A stretch of 63,760 bases of DNA, the filler included, from Rhabdomonas costata (taxonomy: Eukaryota): the NCBI GenBank assembly GCA_019059605.1. It is 52 parts of 52 records of this genome, joined end to end, with 100 filler letters (N's around TTAATTAATTAA, not from the genome) between each part and the next. Parts side by side here need not be neighbours in the genome. Positions count along the whole stretch, not along the records: positions 34,392 to 35,519 come from JAHMHO010027202.1; positions 35,620 to 36,747 come from JAHMHO010027203.1; positions 36,848 to 37,975 come from JAHMHO010027204.1; positions 38,076 to 39,203 come from JAHMHO010027205.1; positions 39,304 to 40,431 come from JAHMHO010027206.1; positions 40,532 to 41,659 come from JAHMHO010027207.1; positions 41,760 to 42,887 come from JAHMHO010027208.1; positions 42,988 to 44,115 come from JAHMHO010027209.1; 44 more parts are not named here. One strand, given 5' to 3'. Each line of letters opens with the position of its first letter. Position 1 is the stretch's first letter. The notes under the pieces were generated by a model. That model was not told the origin of the DNA and ran no database searches. It saw nothing but the letters and a program-made list of their open reading frames with translations. The translations under genes and the position numbers were made by a program. Positions 34,613 through 47,798 of the stretch are shown one piece after another.

Positions 34613-37600
34613 CCTCAGTGTCCACCTCCTGAGCGTTGTGGGTAGATAAGGAGAGGTGTGTTGTTGTGGAGACACTCGTAATCTTGCAAAGGGCGACGGG
34701 TGGGCACGTGCCTAAGTGTGCTGGGACCGACCACGCTGCGTTTCAGGGGGCTCACTCTACCTAGAAAAGACCCCGGGCCTGCTTGGGCTTTGCACTGTTG
34801 CGTGCAAAGTTTCAGTTAATCAAGAGATTTGTTTCACGCTGTACAGCAGCCTGCGCTGGACATGGTCACGTTGAATGGTAGATTTTGCTAACTAATTTGG
34901 GCATTTGCTGACTAGTGGCAGGTATTTTGTCGATCCAGGAAAAGGCACACCGCAAAATTATTCTCGCGCATTCACAGGTACATTCCCTCCCCTCGCGGAA
35001 GCCGAGTGCTGCGCTGGTGTTTGTGTGTGTGTGTGTGTATGTGGCAGTGGCAGACCATATTGAGCGGCTTGCGGAGTAGCCTGAAAGAGCCCCCCCCCCA
35101 CACACACGGACATACAGACCCCAGGGCTGTCACTCTTTCACTCTTTTCGTGTCTAGGCTATTGCATCTCTTAGTGGCCTTTGTCTACTGCCCTCCTCCCC
35201 TTTGTTCTCATTTCCCTGTTCGCTCTCACTTAGCTGATTTTCTACACTACTGTACCACTGGTGGAAGATATAGCCGCTGCCGTTGCCTTGATATGGTCCT
35301 TTTCACAGGCGCAGGCTCCCTCCACAGACATACACGGGTCCATTGGTTGAGTCACCCCCACCCTTCTGCCGAAGGTCCGTGGGAGGCTGTCATGAATGGT
35401 TGAACCCCTTTGACTGTTTTTGTGGACTGCCTTTTTGATCCAAAAAAGAGAACCTCAGCCCCTATCTATTTTTCCTGTGTCCTTTTCTGCACTCCCACCG
35501 TCAGTCTCTCCAACCACCCNNNNNNNNNNNNNNNNNNNNNNNNNNNNNNNNNNNNNNNNNNNNTTAATTAATTAANNNNNNNNNNNNNNNNNNNNNNNNN
35601 NNNNNNNNNNNNNNNNNNNGTGGGGGGGGTTAATCAGTTTAACAACGTTCGACCCGCTCCGGGTCGCCGCGAACATTGTTAAACTGATTAACCTGATCGA
35701 CCTGAACGTTTCATTGCCTGGGGGGACTGGGGGAGTTTTCGTAGTAATGCGCCCCAAAAGCGACACATGAGGGGGGGGGTTTCTGGTCGAACCTACCAGC
35801 AAAGGTTTTGAACCTTATCGTTTAACGTCGTTAAGCCGTTTAACACCCGCACGCACACACACACCCCCACCCACCCCCAAAAAGTGAATCGGACCCTCAA
35901 GAGAGCGCATCCCAGTACCACCTTGCAAAGCGGTGGAGGAGGCAAGAACTCCAGGTTCCCCATGAAAAAACGCCCAATGCAATAAACTACATTGGACTAG
36001 ACTGCAGTATTCTGCTGGGGTCCTTGGATCACCAAAAAAAGCTCTGTCACGTCGGGAACCACAAGGCACCGAAATCTGCTCCAATCCATATTCACGGTCT
36101 ACTACGCTGGTCTCAATTAGCTGCTAGACTGAAGTCCAAATCAAAAATACACACATACGCACGCAGGCACGGCATGCACGGATTTGCAGGTGTAGAGACA
36201 GCGCTGTGCTCTTGATGCTATTTGCTCTGCCATTAGTTCCTAAAATAAAAGTGGTCAAATTGCTTCTCTCCTCACCAGCACACTGCCAGAAGGCCAAAAC
36301 CCGGGAATGGGTACTACCGAAGGTACACCTGCCACATTCCGTTCTGTTGTTGCCACCCCAAGGGCACCACAAGGAAACCCCGAAAAGAAAGCCCTCTTCA
36401 CTTCACAGCAGATTTTCGAGAAGTGCCGTTTCCCCACAATTCCCCCCCAACCACAGCTTGAACTGACAGAACAGTTGCTCTCTGACGCAACTTCCGAAAA
36501 ATAAAGGCGCATTCTCCGCAACCCGAGGTCCGCAGATCAATACTTTACACACGACCTTCACCGCTGCCCCCAGGGATGATCCTCTTCAAGTCCACTTCTC
36601 GTCGATGCATGAGCAATCAGTTTTCGAGACAGTTCCGGAGCAGGAAAGGCATCCTGGAAAGGGGTCCTGTTCGAAAGCCATGATGCATGGTTTCTTTGCG
36701 AAAATCTCTCGACCACGATAACCCTGGCCTCGATCATCCAACAAAACNNNNNNNNNNNNNNNNNNNNNNNNNNNNNNNNNNNNNNNNNNNNTTAATTAAT
36801 TAANNNNNNNNNNNNNNNNNNNNNNNNNNNNNNNNNNNNNNNNNNNNGGTGGGTGTTCCAGAAAGAGTTAGAGTGTGTGTGTATGTGACCTCGAGTCCTC
36901 CCCAGAAAAAACTCATCCTTGCCAAGTGCACCAAGTGTGCGCGTGTGTCTTCACCCGTCCAATTTCCGTGACATTTCTAACGGCAGCTGAAACACTCCTT
37001 TGATTACCGGTTAGGTGGAAGAAAACCGAAACAACAAACGGCACTCAAAGGGCGTGGTTGATAGAATGGGCGGAGAAGCGGAACAACGGCGAGTCAAAGG
37101 GAACAGAAGAAGCCAGGTGGAAGTATGAGGCAGGTGGTATGCGGACGCGGAAATGGTGGACAAGGGAGGAGGGAAGGGGGAGGAGAAGAGAGTGAACTGA
37201 GTGAAGAGAAAAGAGTGATAACGTTTTTGGGGGAAAGGAACTAGCGTGCACGCATTGTTCAAATGTGTGTATGTGTATGTGTGTTTTCCAAGCTGGAGCA
37301 GCGCGCGCAGCAAAGAGCGAGTAAAATTGCATCGTAGGGAAGTACAAATCCAGCCAGAAAGAGAAAAATTGTAGGAGCTGGAGGAAGCGTTGAGGATTCT
37401 CAATCCTACTCCGGATTTGGATCCAATTTCCTGATGGACGGGCTTGGTTGCCTTACACTCTCCCTGATGCCATCTGGCCTTTACTTCTCTACAATCTCCG
37501 TTTGACTGCGCTTCTCTTCGTGTCTCGTGGCCCTCCGCCTTGCCCTCTCACTCTTTGGTCTCCCACTTCTCGCTGCCATTCTCCCCTTCTCTCGTGCTGA

Positions 37601-38928
37601 ACCGGGCTCCTGTCCCACCCCCATCCCAGTGTCCTTACCCGGATTCTGCCCCCCTCCCCCATCAATCTTGTTGGTCAGGCTGTGGCCGTTATTCAAAGAG
37701 TGATTTGGGGGGCATACTTCTGCTCTCTCTGGCTGTCTCACTCTGGCCCTACTCCCTTGACGGAACGCCGAGGGAATAATCTCCGATTTGTCTTGGGTGG
37801 GGATTGCTACGGCTTGTCGGACCCCGCACCCGCGCCCCCTTTATTGACCCCAAGTCACTTTGTGATGCACCCCCAGTCCGCCGTAGTGCGACTTCCTCAA
37901 CGCTTCCTCCAGCTCCTACAATTTTTCTCTTTCTGGCTGGATTTGTACTTCCCTACGATGCAATTTTACTCGCTCNNNNNNNNNNNNNNNNNNNNNNNNN
38001 NNNNNNNNNNNNNNNNNNNTTAATTAATTAANNNNNNNNNNNNNNNNNNNNNNNNNNNNNNNNNNNNNNNNNNNNAGCAGTAGAAATCGGCCTCCTGTGA
38101 GCTGTGAGGCAGGCGTGGAAGTGGGGGTGGAGGTGGTCAGAAACCTTTTCAGGTTTTTGGCCTTTCTGCACACCTTGTTGGTGAACAAAGCTGTTGCCAC
38201 ACATTTACGGCGTGATGTATGGTGTATGGTGTTGCCTTTTAAGCATTTTCAACTCAGCAACGGTGGTGGTGTTTTACAACGGAGAATTGGTCAATGTGTG
38301 GAGTTGTTGAAATTGAACCACCAAGAACAAGAGCACTACCAGCACCACCTAGGACGAAACAATTGCAATACTCCCTAGGACGCAACAAGATCTAAAAAGA
38401 CAACCCAGCCAGCCCAGTCACATACCCAGGTACAAGTTCGGATTCACTCTCCAGCAGATCAAAAGGAAAAAGGAGAACCGTCAAGCACACGCAACGACAA
38501 CAGCAACAACGCAACAAACCAGTGAACTATGGCCCCACACGCAACAGCATTCCCACACCCGTGCACCAAAGAAGAACTCATAGCACTTCTCCTCCTCCTT
38601 TTAAACGAATTGTGACAAAGTTGTTTGTAACACTGCGTGGTTCGTGACTGATGGACGTAGTAGAACGCTTTTTTTCTGCATCTCATTCTTTTTTTGTTTC
38701 CCTAGCCTTGCCTTTGCTTTGCTAACATTTGATAATAGTCAACGTCAAACATAAAAAACCGAAAAAATTCGCTAAATCGTTTTTTAAAAAATCGGTAAAA
38801 AAAAATTTCCCTAAACGTAAAAAAAAATTCGCCAACGCTGTCTTTGCTGTTGGATATCGCGGTTTCGTTTTTTCCTTTTTGTTCCTGTGCAACTCACTTG
38901 GGTCATTGCTTCTTTTTGCCCTTCACAG

Positions 38929-38976
38929 GGAACCAGTCGTCCAGGAATGATCCAGTGCTCGGAGTCGGCATACCAG
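38929..38976 (+). CDS. 48-bp micro-exon of a class III adenylate/guanylate cyclase
   Basis: cacag|GTSRPGMIQCSESAYQ|gtat matches the segment following NxASRME. Confidence 0.7.
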
Positions 38977-39442
38977 GTATATGGGTGCCGGAGAAGCGGC
39001 TCCCTGTTCAGTGTGGAGGGTAGAGGCAGGAGAAGGCAGAAGTGAACTCCTTGAATCGAATTTCTCAGCTCTGTGAAGCATCCCAACATGCTTTTTTGGC
39101 TCGATACCTGCTCCTAAAGGAGCATCAGGGAAACTAGAGAAAAAAGAAAGGCAACCGGCCACTATGGCGCAAGTGAGTTGCACAGGAACAAAAAGGAAAA
39201 AACNNNNNNNNNNNNNNNNNNNNNNNNNNNNNNNNNNNNNNNNNNNNTTAATTAATTAANNNNNNNNNNNNNNNNNNNNNNNNNNNNNNNNNNNNNNNNN
39301 NNNCCATTGCTGAAGGTTCTTCAGCCTGCATAACGGCAGATCTCCTTTCTGCACACACGTCCAGTGTGCCATGCAATGAGCTGAGGGCATTACTGGGGTC
39401 AGTGAAAGTAGGCACCAAAATTGAAGAGGCAGGCGAACGTAC

Positions 39443-40118
39443 CTCTCTGTTGCGCCTCCAACTTCTGCTGCGAGCACTGGCGCTGCAGCTCTTCCAGGTT
39501 GTGTTTTAGCTGTGCGGCGTTCTCCTGTGTGTGTGGGGGGGGGCACATAAAAGAACGCGGACTGCAGAGGTCCTGCCTCGGCTATGGTGCCCACTAACCG
39601 GTGCACAGGTGCCGTCGTTCTCCCAACGAGAGAGTGAGTACGCATGTTCTATTTTTCGGGGTGCGCGTGGGGTGCCAAACGGTTGCATGCAATCATAGCT
39701 CGAACCCAGGAAATCCACTCAAACAGCCCCACCCCCATTAATAAAGGTTATCTTTTGTGCAATGCGATCAGTATATTAAAAAAATACAAAGCACTGCGCT
39801 GCCACATCCATTCGCTTCGGCCGCGGCCCCTCCCCCTTCAGCGAAAAGTATACCCCAAATAGAAGCCTGCTCCATGAAGCAATCTCAAAATGCACAGAGC
39901 CGCATTTCTGTGACACACACGATTGTGAATACAAGGCGCTCCACCTCTGAGGACTTGAGCCGCTGGTTCAGAATCTGGGTAGCCAGACGGAGCTGGCCAA
40001 GCTCCTGCTCCTGCGACAGAAGCTTCGCCACCTGAGCTGTGACCGTGCAGTGGGCTTTGCCAAGAGCAAGCTCGCTGGTTCGGCGGGTCTCATGCAGAAG
40101 CATCTCAAGCTCTACGAC
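39443..40118 (-). CDS. Coiled-coil protein; exons 40118-39945 and 39509-39443
   Basis: ctaac branch point plus AG acceptor; VVELEMLLHETRR...QRLKSSE|LKHNLEELQRQ joins in frame. Confidence 0.55.
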
Positions 40119-40534
40119 CTGAATCCAGGACAGATAAAGTTAGAGAGAGAGAGCCCTCAGAAGTGTAAATAGCCTAAAATAGCCACACAAAGCAAACTAA
40201 GGTATCCTGAAAATCAGAGTCTATTATGTTACGAGTTTTCAACTGGAGGGTTGGGAAACACGCCAATAGGCTTCCACATCCGCATAAGGTATTTTTCCAT
40301 TCATCGTGGCGTGGTGAGTGTTGAAATGCATGGGTTCTGAGTTTTCGGTGTACCCTTCCTCAGAAAAATGTTACCTGCTCAGCACGCATAAGTAGCAACA
40401 TAAATGGAGGGAGGGAGGGGGGAATCAAAACNNNNNNNNNNNNNNNNNNNNNNNNNNNNNNNNNNNNNNNNNNNNTTAATTAATTAANNNNNNNNNNNNN
40501 NNNNNNNNNNNNNNNNNNNNNNNNNNNNNNNGTG

Positions 40535-40620
40535 GTTTTGTTTCGTTTTGTTTCGTTTCGTTTCGTTTCGTTTCGTTTGGTTTCGTTTCGTTTCGTTTGG
40601 TTTCGTTTGGTTTCGTTTTC
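40535..40620 (+). repeat. (GTTTC/GTTTG)n microsatellite
   Basis: Tandem pentamers visible. Confidence 0.95.
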
Positions 40621-41760
40621 CTTTGTTCTTTCTTTTCTTTTTTCTTTTGACCTTTTGAGTGCCTGCCATTCTCTCCTTTTTGCTTCAGTGGCTCCCCCAA
40701 GGCCGCTGGGGGACCCTTTGGTGGAGCTGCAGCAGGTACTTTTCTCATTTACGCGCTTCATCCACAGAGACAGTTTGCGCGCCTTTCGGCCTCAAAGAAA
40801 AGAGCCATGGGCTTAGTCGCCCCGACGAGTTTCAGAAGAGGGGTCTCATGTTCCAACAAAAACCCACCGTGTGTGTGTTTAAATCTCTCCATGGACGTTT
40901 GTGGAAGCCGGGTCAGTTGATGCACACATACGTGTGACGCATGTTTGTACGTCAAGGGTGCAGTTGGTAGTGCTCCTGTCCCCCCCCCCTCCTTCCAGTC
41001 CTTCACTTTAAAACAGTGACTGCATCTCGGTCATAGTCTCCCTGAGCTTTGAATTCATCGACCATAGTGAAGGGGGAGGGGCAGAGTGCTTTCCAAACAA
41101 GAAATGGGCAGGATGAGGATCAAAACCTTCCCCAATTCCAAAAACTTGTCATCCTTTGGGGCCCTCGTAGGAGAGAAAACGGATTCGACTACTCCGAGAT
41201 ATGACCCAAAAAGTCGATTTTTTGGGCTACCCTTGCCTTCCATGGAAAACTTTGATTTTTTTTAAAACCGCGACCCTAACCCAGAGGTCGCATTCCACAT
41301 GGCTGCTGTAAACTCGGGAAAGCCAGATGTGCCAATTTCTTAAAGTACACAGTGTACTCAGAAACAGGGAGTTTTGATTTTTCATTGCGTTGAGGTCGCC
41401 AGTTAGAAAACCACCCGCAGAGGACCTCTCCTGTTCCCCCTGAGCCTAATTCTCCAGAGGGATTGAAGTATCTGGGACGCGAAGGCCAGACGCGGTGCAG
41501 CCGGAGCCACCTGACTCCCGAGTGGTGCCTTTGCCACACCTTTGCCACGTACCCACCTTCCCACCTCAGATATTGTGGTTCACGTTTGTGAACCCCCCCC
41601 GGGGGGGGGGGAGGTGTCGAGTTTCAGCATAAGTCTCTGGTGCGTACCTACAAAAAACANNNNNNNNNNNNNNNNNNNNNNNNNNNNNNNNNNNNNNNNN
41701 NNNTTAATTAATTAANNNNNNNNNNNNNNNNNNNNNNNNNNNNNNNNNNNNNNNNNNNNC

Positions 41761-42340
41761 ACTGTGATGCTTGATGTATGGGGGGCGGTGGACCAAGAAT
41801 CTGGGAGGTTGGTGGTCTCTCCTTTTAAGAAACTTGCCGCTGACGGCTCTCGTCGTTTTGGCCCTGCAAAGAGCGAGGAGGTACTTTCCTTGGTCACTAG
41901 TTTTGTGTTTCCGGGGGGCTGGGTTGTTTCAGAAAGGCTACGCGCCTACAGGACCAATCTCTCTGCTTTGGGTTACAAACACATTGCTCTCAATCACTCC
42001 TAGGCCGAGTTTGTTCACCCTACTCACCATGGTATTCACTCTCAAACTATGGAAGGGGCATGGGCTGACATGAAAACACACTTTCGTGCTATGCATGGTG
42101 TGCTCTCCTGCAGGGTTGAGCTCCATCTTTATGAGTGGATGTGGCGCCGAAACGTTCTCTCTTCCTCCGCCTTCCCTTTCCACTCGATTATGCTTCTCCT
42201 TGGAAAGAAAGCGTCTCTTTAGACACGCTGCTACTTCTTGGATTCTGGCTTAGACATAATGTTTCTTGAGGCTTCTTCCCGGAGTGCATGTTGGTGCATG
42301 TTGTATACTTTGGTGGGGGGTGCACGTCGTATACGAGCGC
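41761..42340 (+). mobile_element. Merlin (IS1595/ISXO2-like DDE) transposon, 3' part; transposase pseudogene 41761-42222 with an internal TAG at 42001
   Basis: VWGAVDQESG...VFPGGWVVSERLRAY..L..LGYKH..LNHS*AEFVHP..GIHSQTMEGAW..MK...HG....LHLYEWMWRR; candidate terminal CC at 42339-42340. Confidence 0.85.
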
Positions 42341-44221
42341 CGAAAAAGCTCACTGAGTGGTTGAGGATGCCAGCATTGTTCCTCCAAAAGATCTCCGCCA
42401 AGTAAAATGTCTGGTGTTAGCTACGGAGAGACTTCATCCCTCTCATAGAGTTCTTGAATGAGACTCAGCGACCATCAGTTATATTTTTATTCCATTGAGG
42501 AGACTATGAGCATGGATCTTTTCTTGGTAAACTGAACTTCACCATACTTGACATACTCGTGTTGGAAGCAAATATCCTCAAGTTTTACCTGTAGGCATTC
42601 AAGCCATCGCTTAATTAGCTGTTCTTTTGGAAATATACTGAGAAGCGAAAGGGAGAAAATCTGCAGCTGATGCTGGCCCATTTTGCCTTCTATCTTCCAC
42701 AAAGTGCCATTTTCTAAAGTCGCTGAGTACAACCAGCGTTTTTACAATGTAAAAAGCACCACGTAACATCCATTGTCACATAACTAGAATTGCGCTTGCA
42801 TTTGCACTTGCTCTTGCGTCCACACTCCGTTTCTTCAACATCAAGGATGCCACCAGCCCCACCAAAATACAGCCTTACACACCAACCNNNNNNNNNNNNN
42901 NNNNNNNNNNNNNNNNNNNNNNNNNNNNNNNTTAATTAATTAANNNNNNNNNNNNNNNNNNNNNNNNNNNNNNNNNNNNNNNNNNNNGGGGAGCGGAGAA
43001 CCTCTCGTACTCTGCACTCTTCTGCGGCTTGGTGGAGGAACGGGAACCGGATGAATTGCCTCGGTTGTGCTGATGGCTTTTTCTTCAGGATGCTGTGAAT
43101 GACTCGTCTCATTGTGTGTGCATGCGTTTTTTTATCACTGCACAATTAAGTCAACTACCTAAAAAGCTGCAACGCCCAACCTCCAAAGAGGATCTACTGG
43201 AAACTGACTCCCTTCTAATTTAGAAGCAGTAGCTTCTTGACACTCTGACCTCCTGCTCGGTACAGGTAGCTACGTCGCTGTAGACTACGTGCGTGCTCTC
43301 TACCACTCGAGACGTTCCCTTTTTGCTTCCACCAAAACACCTGCTCACGGCCTGCCTCCTCCAGGGGGAAGGTGCAAACCGAATTTAAAAGCTTTGCTTA
43401 CCCTCACCGCTCCTCGCACTCCCCAATTAATTAGCAGCTTGAAACGGGGATGCCCACAAAAGCAACCCCCGCGGGGACACAAAAGTAAACTCAATTTTCA
43501 AAAGTCCATCTGACCTTGAGGATAATCGGGGGTGTGAGGAGGATTCTCTTTCCAAGAAGCCCCAACCCACCAAAACCACCCCGAAACACCCTCTCCAACC
43601 CCAAACAGTGCTTCCGTATCCGCGATGCAAACGATACAACAGCTGCTCAAAGCTCCATCGGCTCTCATGCCAGCCCAAAAACATTGCATAACAGAAACTA
43701 CAACCTGAACGGAGACCGTGCATTCCTCAACCTCCACGTCTTTCCAATCCACCCCACAGGCCTTCCCGTGCTTTTCCCACTGCACGTCCGAAGAAAAAAA
43801 GTAAAAAAGCGGTCCGTTCCGAATCTTCAGAATTTTCCCAATCGTGCCAAACACAGTGCAACGGCGCGGCACAGCGTCCCAACCGCCCCACCGCCCCAAC
43901 GTGTGTAGGTTGGTATTTGGAGCGTCAGTTGCCCATGACGAAGGACACCAAAACGGATTATACCTTTCTTCTTGGTAACAGCCCTGCCTACAGGTAACCA
44001 GAAATTAGGTGATCAACCCTTGACAGAAAATGGGCGGAAAATAGAGAAAAATGGGCATTGCGAAATCCAGAGACAGGGGCTGGACAACGATGCCTAGGTG
44101 CGCCTTGTTCCTCTTNNNNNNNNNNNNNNNNNNNNNNNNNNNNNNNNNNNNNNNNNNNNTTAATTAATTAANNNNNNNNNNNNNNNNNNNNNNNNNNNNN
44201 NNNNNNNNNNNNNNNGTTTGT

Positions 44222-44660
44222 TTGTCGGGGTTTATTTTCGGGAAGGTCTCCCAGAGCACAGTGTACGACCCCCGGCAGCGGCCCTGGTACTACGACACGG
44301 CCGCTGCAAAGCAGACCACCGTCGCCCCCTTGTACAACTCCCCGGACAAGAATCAGGTGGTCTCGCTGTCCACCCCTCTGCTCAGTCCCCAGGGGGAAGT
44401 TCTGGGCGTTCTCGGGGTGGGGTACCCCTTCGCCGACTTTGTCGCCATGCTGAGGTCTGTTTACGACGACCTCCGCAGCAGTGGCATGCTAGTGCTGCTG
44501 GACAAGGGCGGCACCCCAATCGCCGCGACAACCTCCAGTGCCGCAACCCTGGACTCTGATGTTGCCGCGGCGAAGGCCGTAATGGGAGCTCCAACGGGAA
44601 ACTTCACTACGAAAGTGGTCACCCTGAGCACGTTTGGCACCTCAACCGTCCTGCAAATAC
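44222..44660 (+). CDS. dCache_1 sensor domain exon (receptor cyclase or kinase)
   Basis: YDPRQRPWY...PLY...VVSLSTPL..PQGEVLGVLGV...GMLVLLDKGGTPIA. Confidence 0.85.
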
Positions 44661-45443
44661 TCATCCGGTTTGCCTCCTGTCGAAAGTTTCCTGTGCTCAT
44701 TTTTTTGGTTTGCGAAGTTCCCAGTCGGTGGAGGTGACAGCGGTTTTAAAGCCTAGCACTTAAAAGTGCGTGAATGTCGTCATTTCGCTCTGATATAGTA
44801 AATTTTGCTGCTCAGCAAAATGTGATCTGCAAATTTTGGTGTTCCGAACTATCGAGACGCAGGTGGGTATCAGTGCTGGCACCCGGCCAGCGGGCAGCCG
44901 TGCCGGCCTACAGGTCTTTGACTTATCACAACCCTTCCTTGTAAAAGCAAAAAAAAGGGGGGGGTCAGGCACTCGAACTGCAAAATCAAACATTCTGGTC
45001 CATTCCGGTGCCAGCATGAAGTGCTCCTGGATTCTGCCCTTAAGTATGCTAAGCGGACCCGGCCGAAAGCTCGGTTCCGGATGCCGACTGAAGAGGCTAG
45101 ATAGGTGGTAGACCTTGATGTCTTCTCAAACTGTATCTTCCCGCCGCCACCGAGTCCTTTCGCCCTCCAATCTATCATAACCGGCGCACGCGGTTTCTGT
45201 CCTTCGCCTTGCCCGGGAATATTCTTGCTTGTTGTTTGCTGGACTCATTCACTAAACCATGATGACGCACTCCATTCATTCTCCCAATGAACACCACACC
45301 AACGTCTGAGAAACAACAGCCGTCTCCAGACACCCAACCAACCNNNNNNNNNNNNNNNNNNNNNNNNNNNNNNNNNNNNNNNNNNNNTTAATTAATTAAN
45401 NNNNNNNNNNNNNNNNNNNNNNNNNNNNNNNNNNNNNNNNNNN

Positions 45444-46571
45444 GGGTGTGGTTACAGGACTGGTTCTTATTCTGGCGCGCGGGGCGTGTCCAGAGAGCAT
45501 GATGAGCGACGCTCTGGACACCAGCAAGCTGATGAATGTCCCATTGGCACCCCGCTCCAATTTACTGCTGCTACGGGTGTGCGGCACCCCCATCCAAACA
45601 CACACGGACATTGTCTCCTCGTTCCGAGGAACGAGCCGCCCTGATGGTGACCGCCGTGAATTCACTCCCTTAAGGTGTCTGAACATGTTCTGCGGGGCAT
45701 TGGAACTTTTTATGCGATTTGGAGAACGACAGAAAAAGGGGAACAGAGAACCTCATAGTGTTGTACAGCATATGGGAGGGAGGAAAACACGTACGCGCTG
45801 CCTTGGGGCATATTCCCTTCACCTTTCAGGCGTGGTATCACAAGTACAACGATGACCGCTCTCGAGCCCCGCAGTTCAAGCCGATTCCGGGGTACTACAA
45901 GGTTGATGTCGTTGCGCTCCCGCGGGGTTGTGCGGATGATGTCTGAAGGCTTTTGCGGGGCCTGCGCCTGCAATTTTTTTTTTTGGCTTTGGAAGGGTTG
46001 TACCGCCACCGCCACCACCACTTCGTCAACGTGGTGCCCTTTTTGTCAAACGAGCGACCCTCACAATGGCGTCTTGCAATCCCGCATCCCGTGCGATGGT
46101 TGGAATAAAAACACCACCTCATGTCCTTCCTCCTCATCTCCTCCTTTTTCATTCTTTTCACTTTGGCCTCCCTTCGTGTACACCTGACTCCTCTGCCCCA
46201 AGAGTACGAAGGGCACTGTGCATCCCCTTTGTGAGGTGAAGCCCAAATTTGGTGAGGCATCGGAATCCCACCCCTTCTTTTCGCGAAACGTGATGCCTCT
46301 CCTATCTCCACCACCCTATTTCCGTTCACAGTCCTCCCAGTGAATTACTCGTAGTGTCCATATTAGCACCTCGTTAATGCGTGTCCCTTCGGGCCTATAG
46401 GGCCTGTAGACCGGGTGGTACCCACGTTAGCAGCCCTCCGTGCATTCCCTGCTGATCTTTTAGGAGGAATGCGACAGCGCGTACCTTAGGGTGCTTGCGG
46501 AGGTGCACCGGCTGAGCCAGGGCTCCGAGGAGTGGCGGCACTTTCTCAGCGGTGCGCTGACCCCCACCCAC
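45444..46571 (+). CDS. TruA/PUS1-family pseudouridine synthase, C-terminal exons (45444-45576, from 45830, probably ~46490 to the end)
   Basis: GLVLILARGACPESMM..AL....MNVPLAPRSNLLLLR|AWYHKYN resembles PUS1 GLV...G.APES......VPKAP.LGL.L....F..YN. Confidence 0.65.
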
Positions 46572-46680
46572 NNNNNNNNNNNNNNNNNNNNNNNNNNNNN
46601 NNNNNNNNNNNNNNNTTAATTAATTAANNNNNNNNNNNNNNNNNNNNNNNNNNNNNNNNNNNNNNNNNNNNAGTTCTCAG

Positions 46681-47798
46681 GGAGCTGCACGGAGGTGCCG
46701 ACGCACACCTGGGGGGACTTTTCGCGAGTGAGCCAGGTGATTGTGCACCTGCTGTGCAACGCGCTTCTGGCGGTGCACCGGTGCGCACGGCCTGGGCGCG
46801 TGCGGGTTTCCTTTAGCAAGGAGGGCGAGTCTGGGATGCTTCGGGTTACGGTTGAGGACAACGGGTGCGGCATCGCGGAGGAGGAGCAGTACAAGCTGTT
46901 CCAGCCGTTCACACGTGTTCACTGTGTTTGCCCGAACAGCCGTGCGGCGCCTGGGTGTGGACTTGGGCTTTGCCTATCGAAGCTGCTTGTTGAGCTGATG
47001 GGGTATGTTCTGGTTCCTCCCCCTCCAGAATTGGCTCTCCCCTCTCAATAAATCCCGCTTCCTTTGACAAGGGAAACCGCGGACGTATAATACATGGTCC
47101 AATATCATGTGTGGGGGGTTGGGGTGATGGGGGTATCTGAATTTCCGATTGTAATCGAGCTCCAAGTCGGCAGTGATTGCGAGTGCTTGATTACCGCCCC
47201 TCCCACCCCGTGAGAGTCGCTGATGCTGCAAAAGGTAATATTTTCTCTCTCTCCAACATAACTCAGGGTGGATGAGCACGGCGAGAGGGCGCTTTACCCC
47301 AAACCGATTCTTTCGGGAAACTTTCGGGAACTTCCGTTTATCGGACGTTGGGTTCCAAGGTTCAAGTGACTTGGTGGCTAAGTTGCGTGCCGGCCGGATT
47401 GTCTCCGGTCCCGATGCTTCAACCACACAATGGGGCTGGATCTCGCTTTTAGACCCTGTTGGGAGTGAGCTCACATTCTTACGACTAACTGCGTTTTTTT
47501 GCGTTTAAATACCAAAATAACGAAATCGTCAGCCTCCCGCTACGTCCTGCAAGCAAATGACATGTCAGGAAGGGACATCAGGATGGGAAAAAATCCTGAC
47601 GCAAAACACGTGCACAGACAATCGGGTGCCGCATTGTTTCTTCATCTCATTCTGCTGCTATTTCTCAGGGGCACCATTACCCTCACCAGTGCGCCCGACG
47701 TGGGCACCACCGTTTCCTTCACTTTTCCCACCAACACCGAAACCTCCTCCATGGAACTCATCCTGCCCGGCGCCCCGCCCGCGGCGTCCCCACACAAC
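46681..47798 (+). CDS. Histidine kinase HATPase_c domain; exons 46681-47002 and 47669-47798
   Basis: GD..RVSQVIVHLLCNA (N box), VEDNGCGI (G1), LFQPF (F), GCGLGL (G2), LMG|GTITLTSAPDVGTT; phase-2 GT-AG intron. Confidence 0.92.

Noticed and set aside
42001-42003. In-frame TAG in the Merlin transposase (and in the dUTPase) as evidence of stop-codon reassignment
   Set aside because: These occur only in decayed elements that carry other lesions; host exons show no internal stops
43716-43780. WEKHGKAC exon as the RNase T2 active-site motif
   Set aside because: Too short, and the flanking residues do not fit FW.HEW.KHGTC
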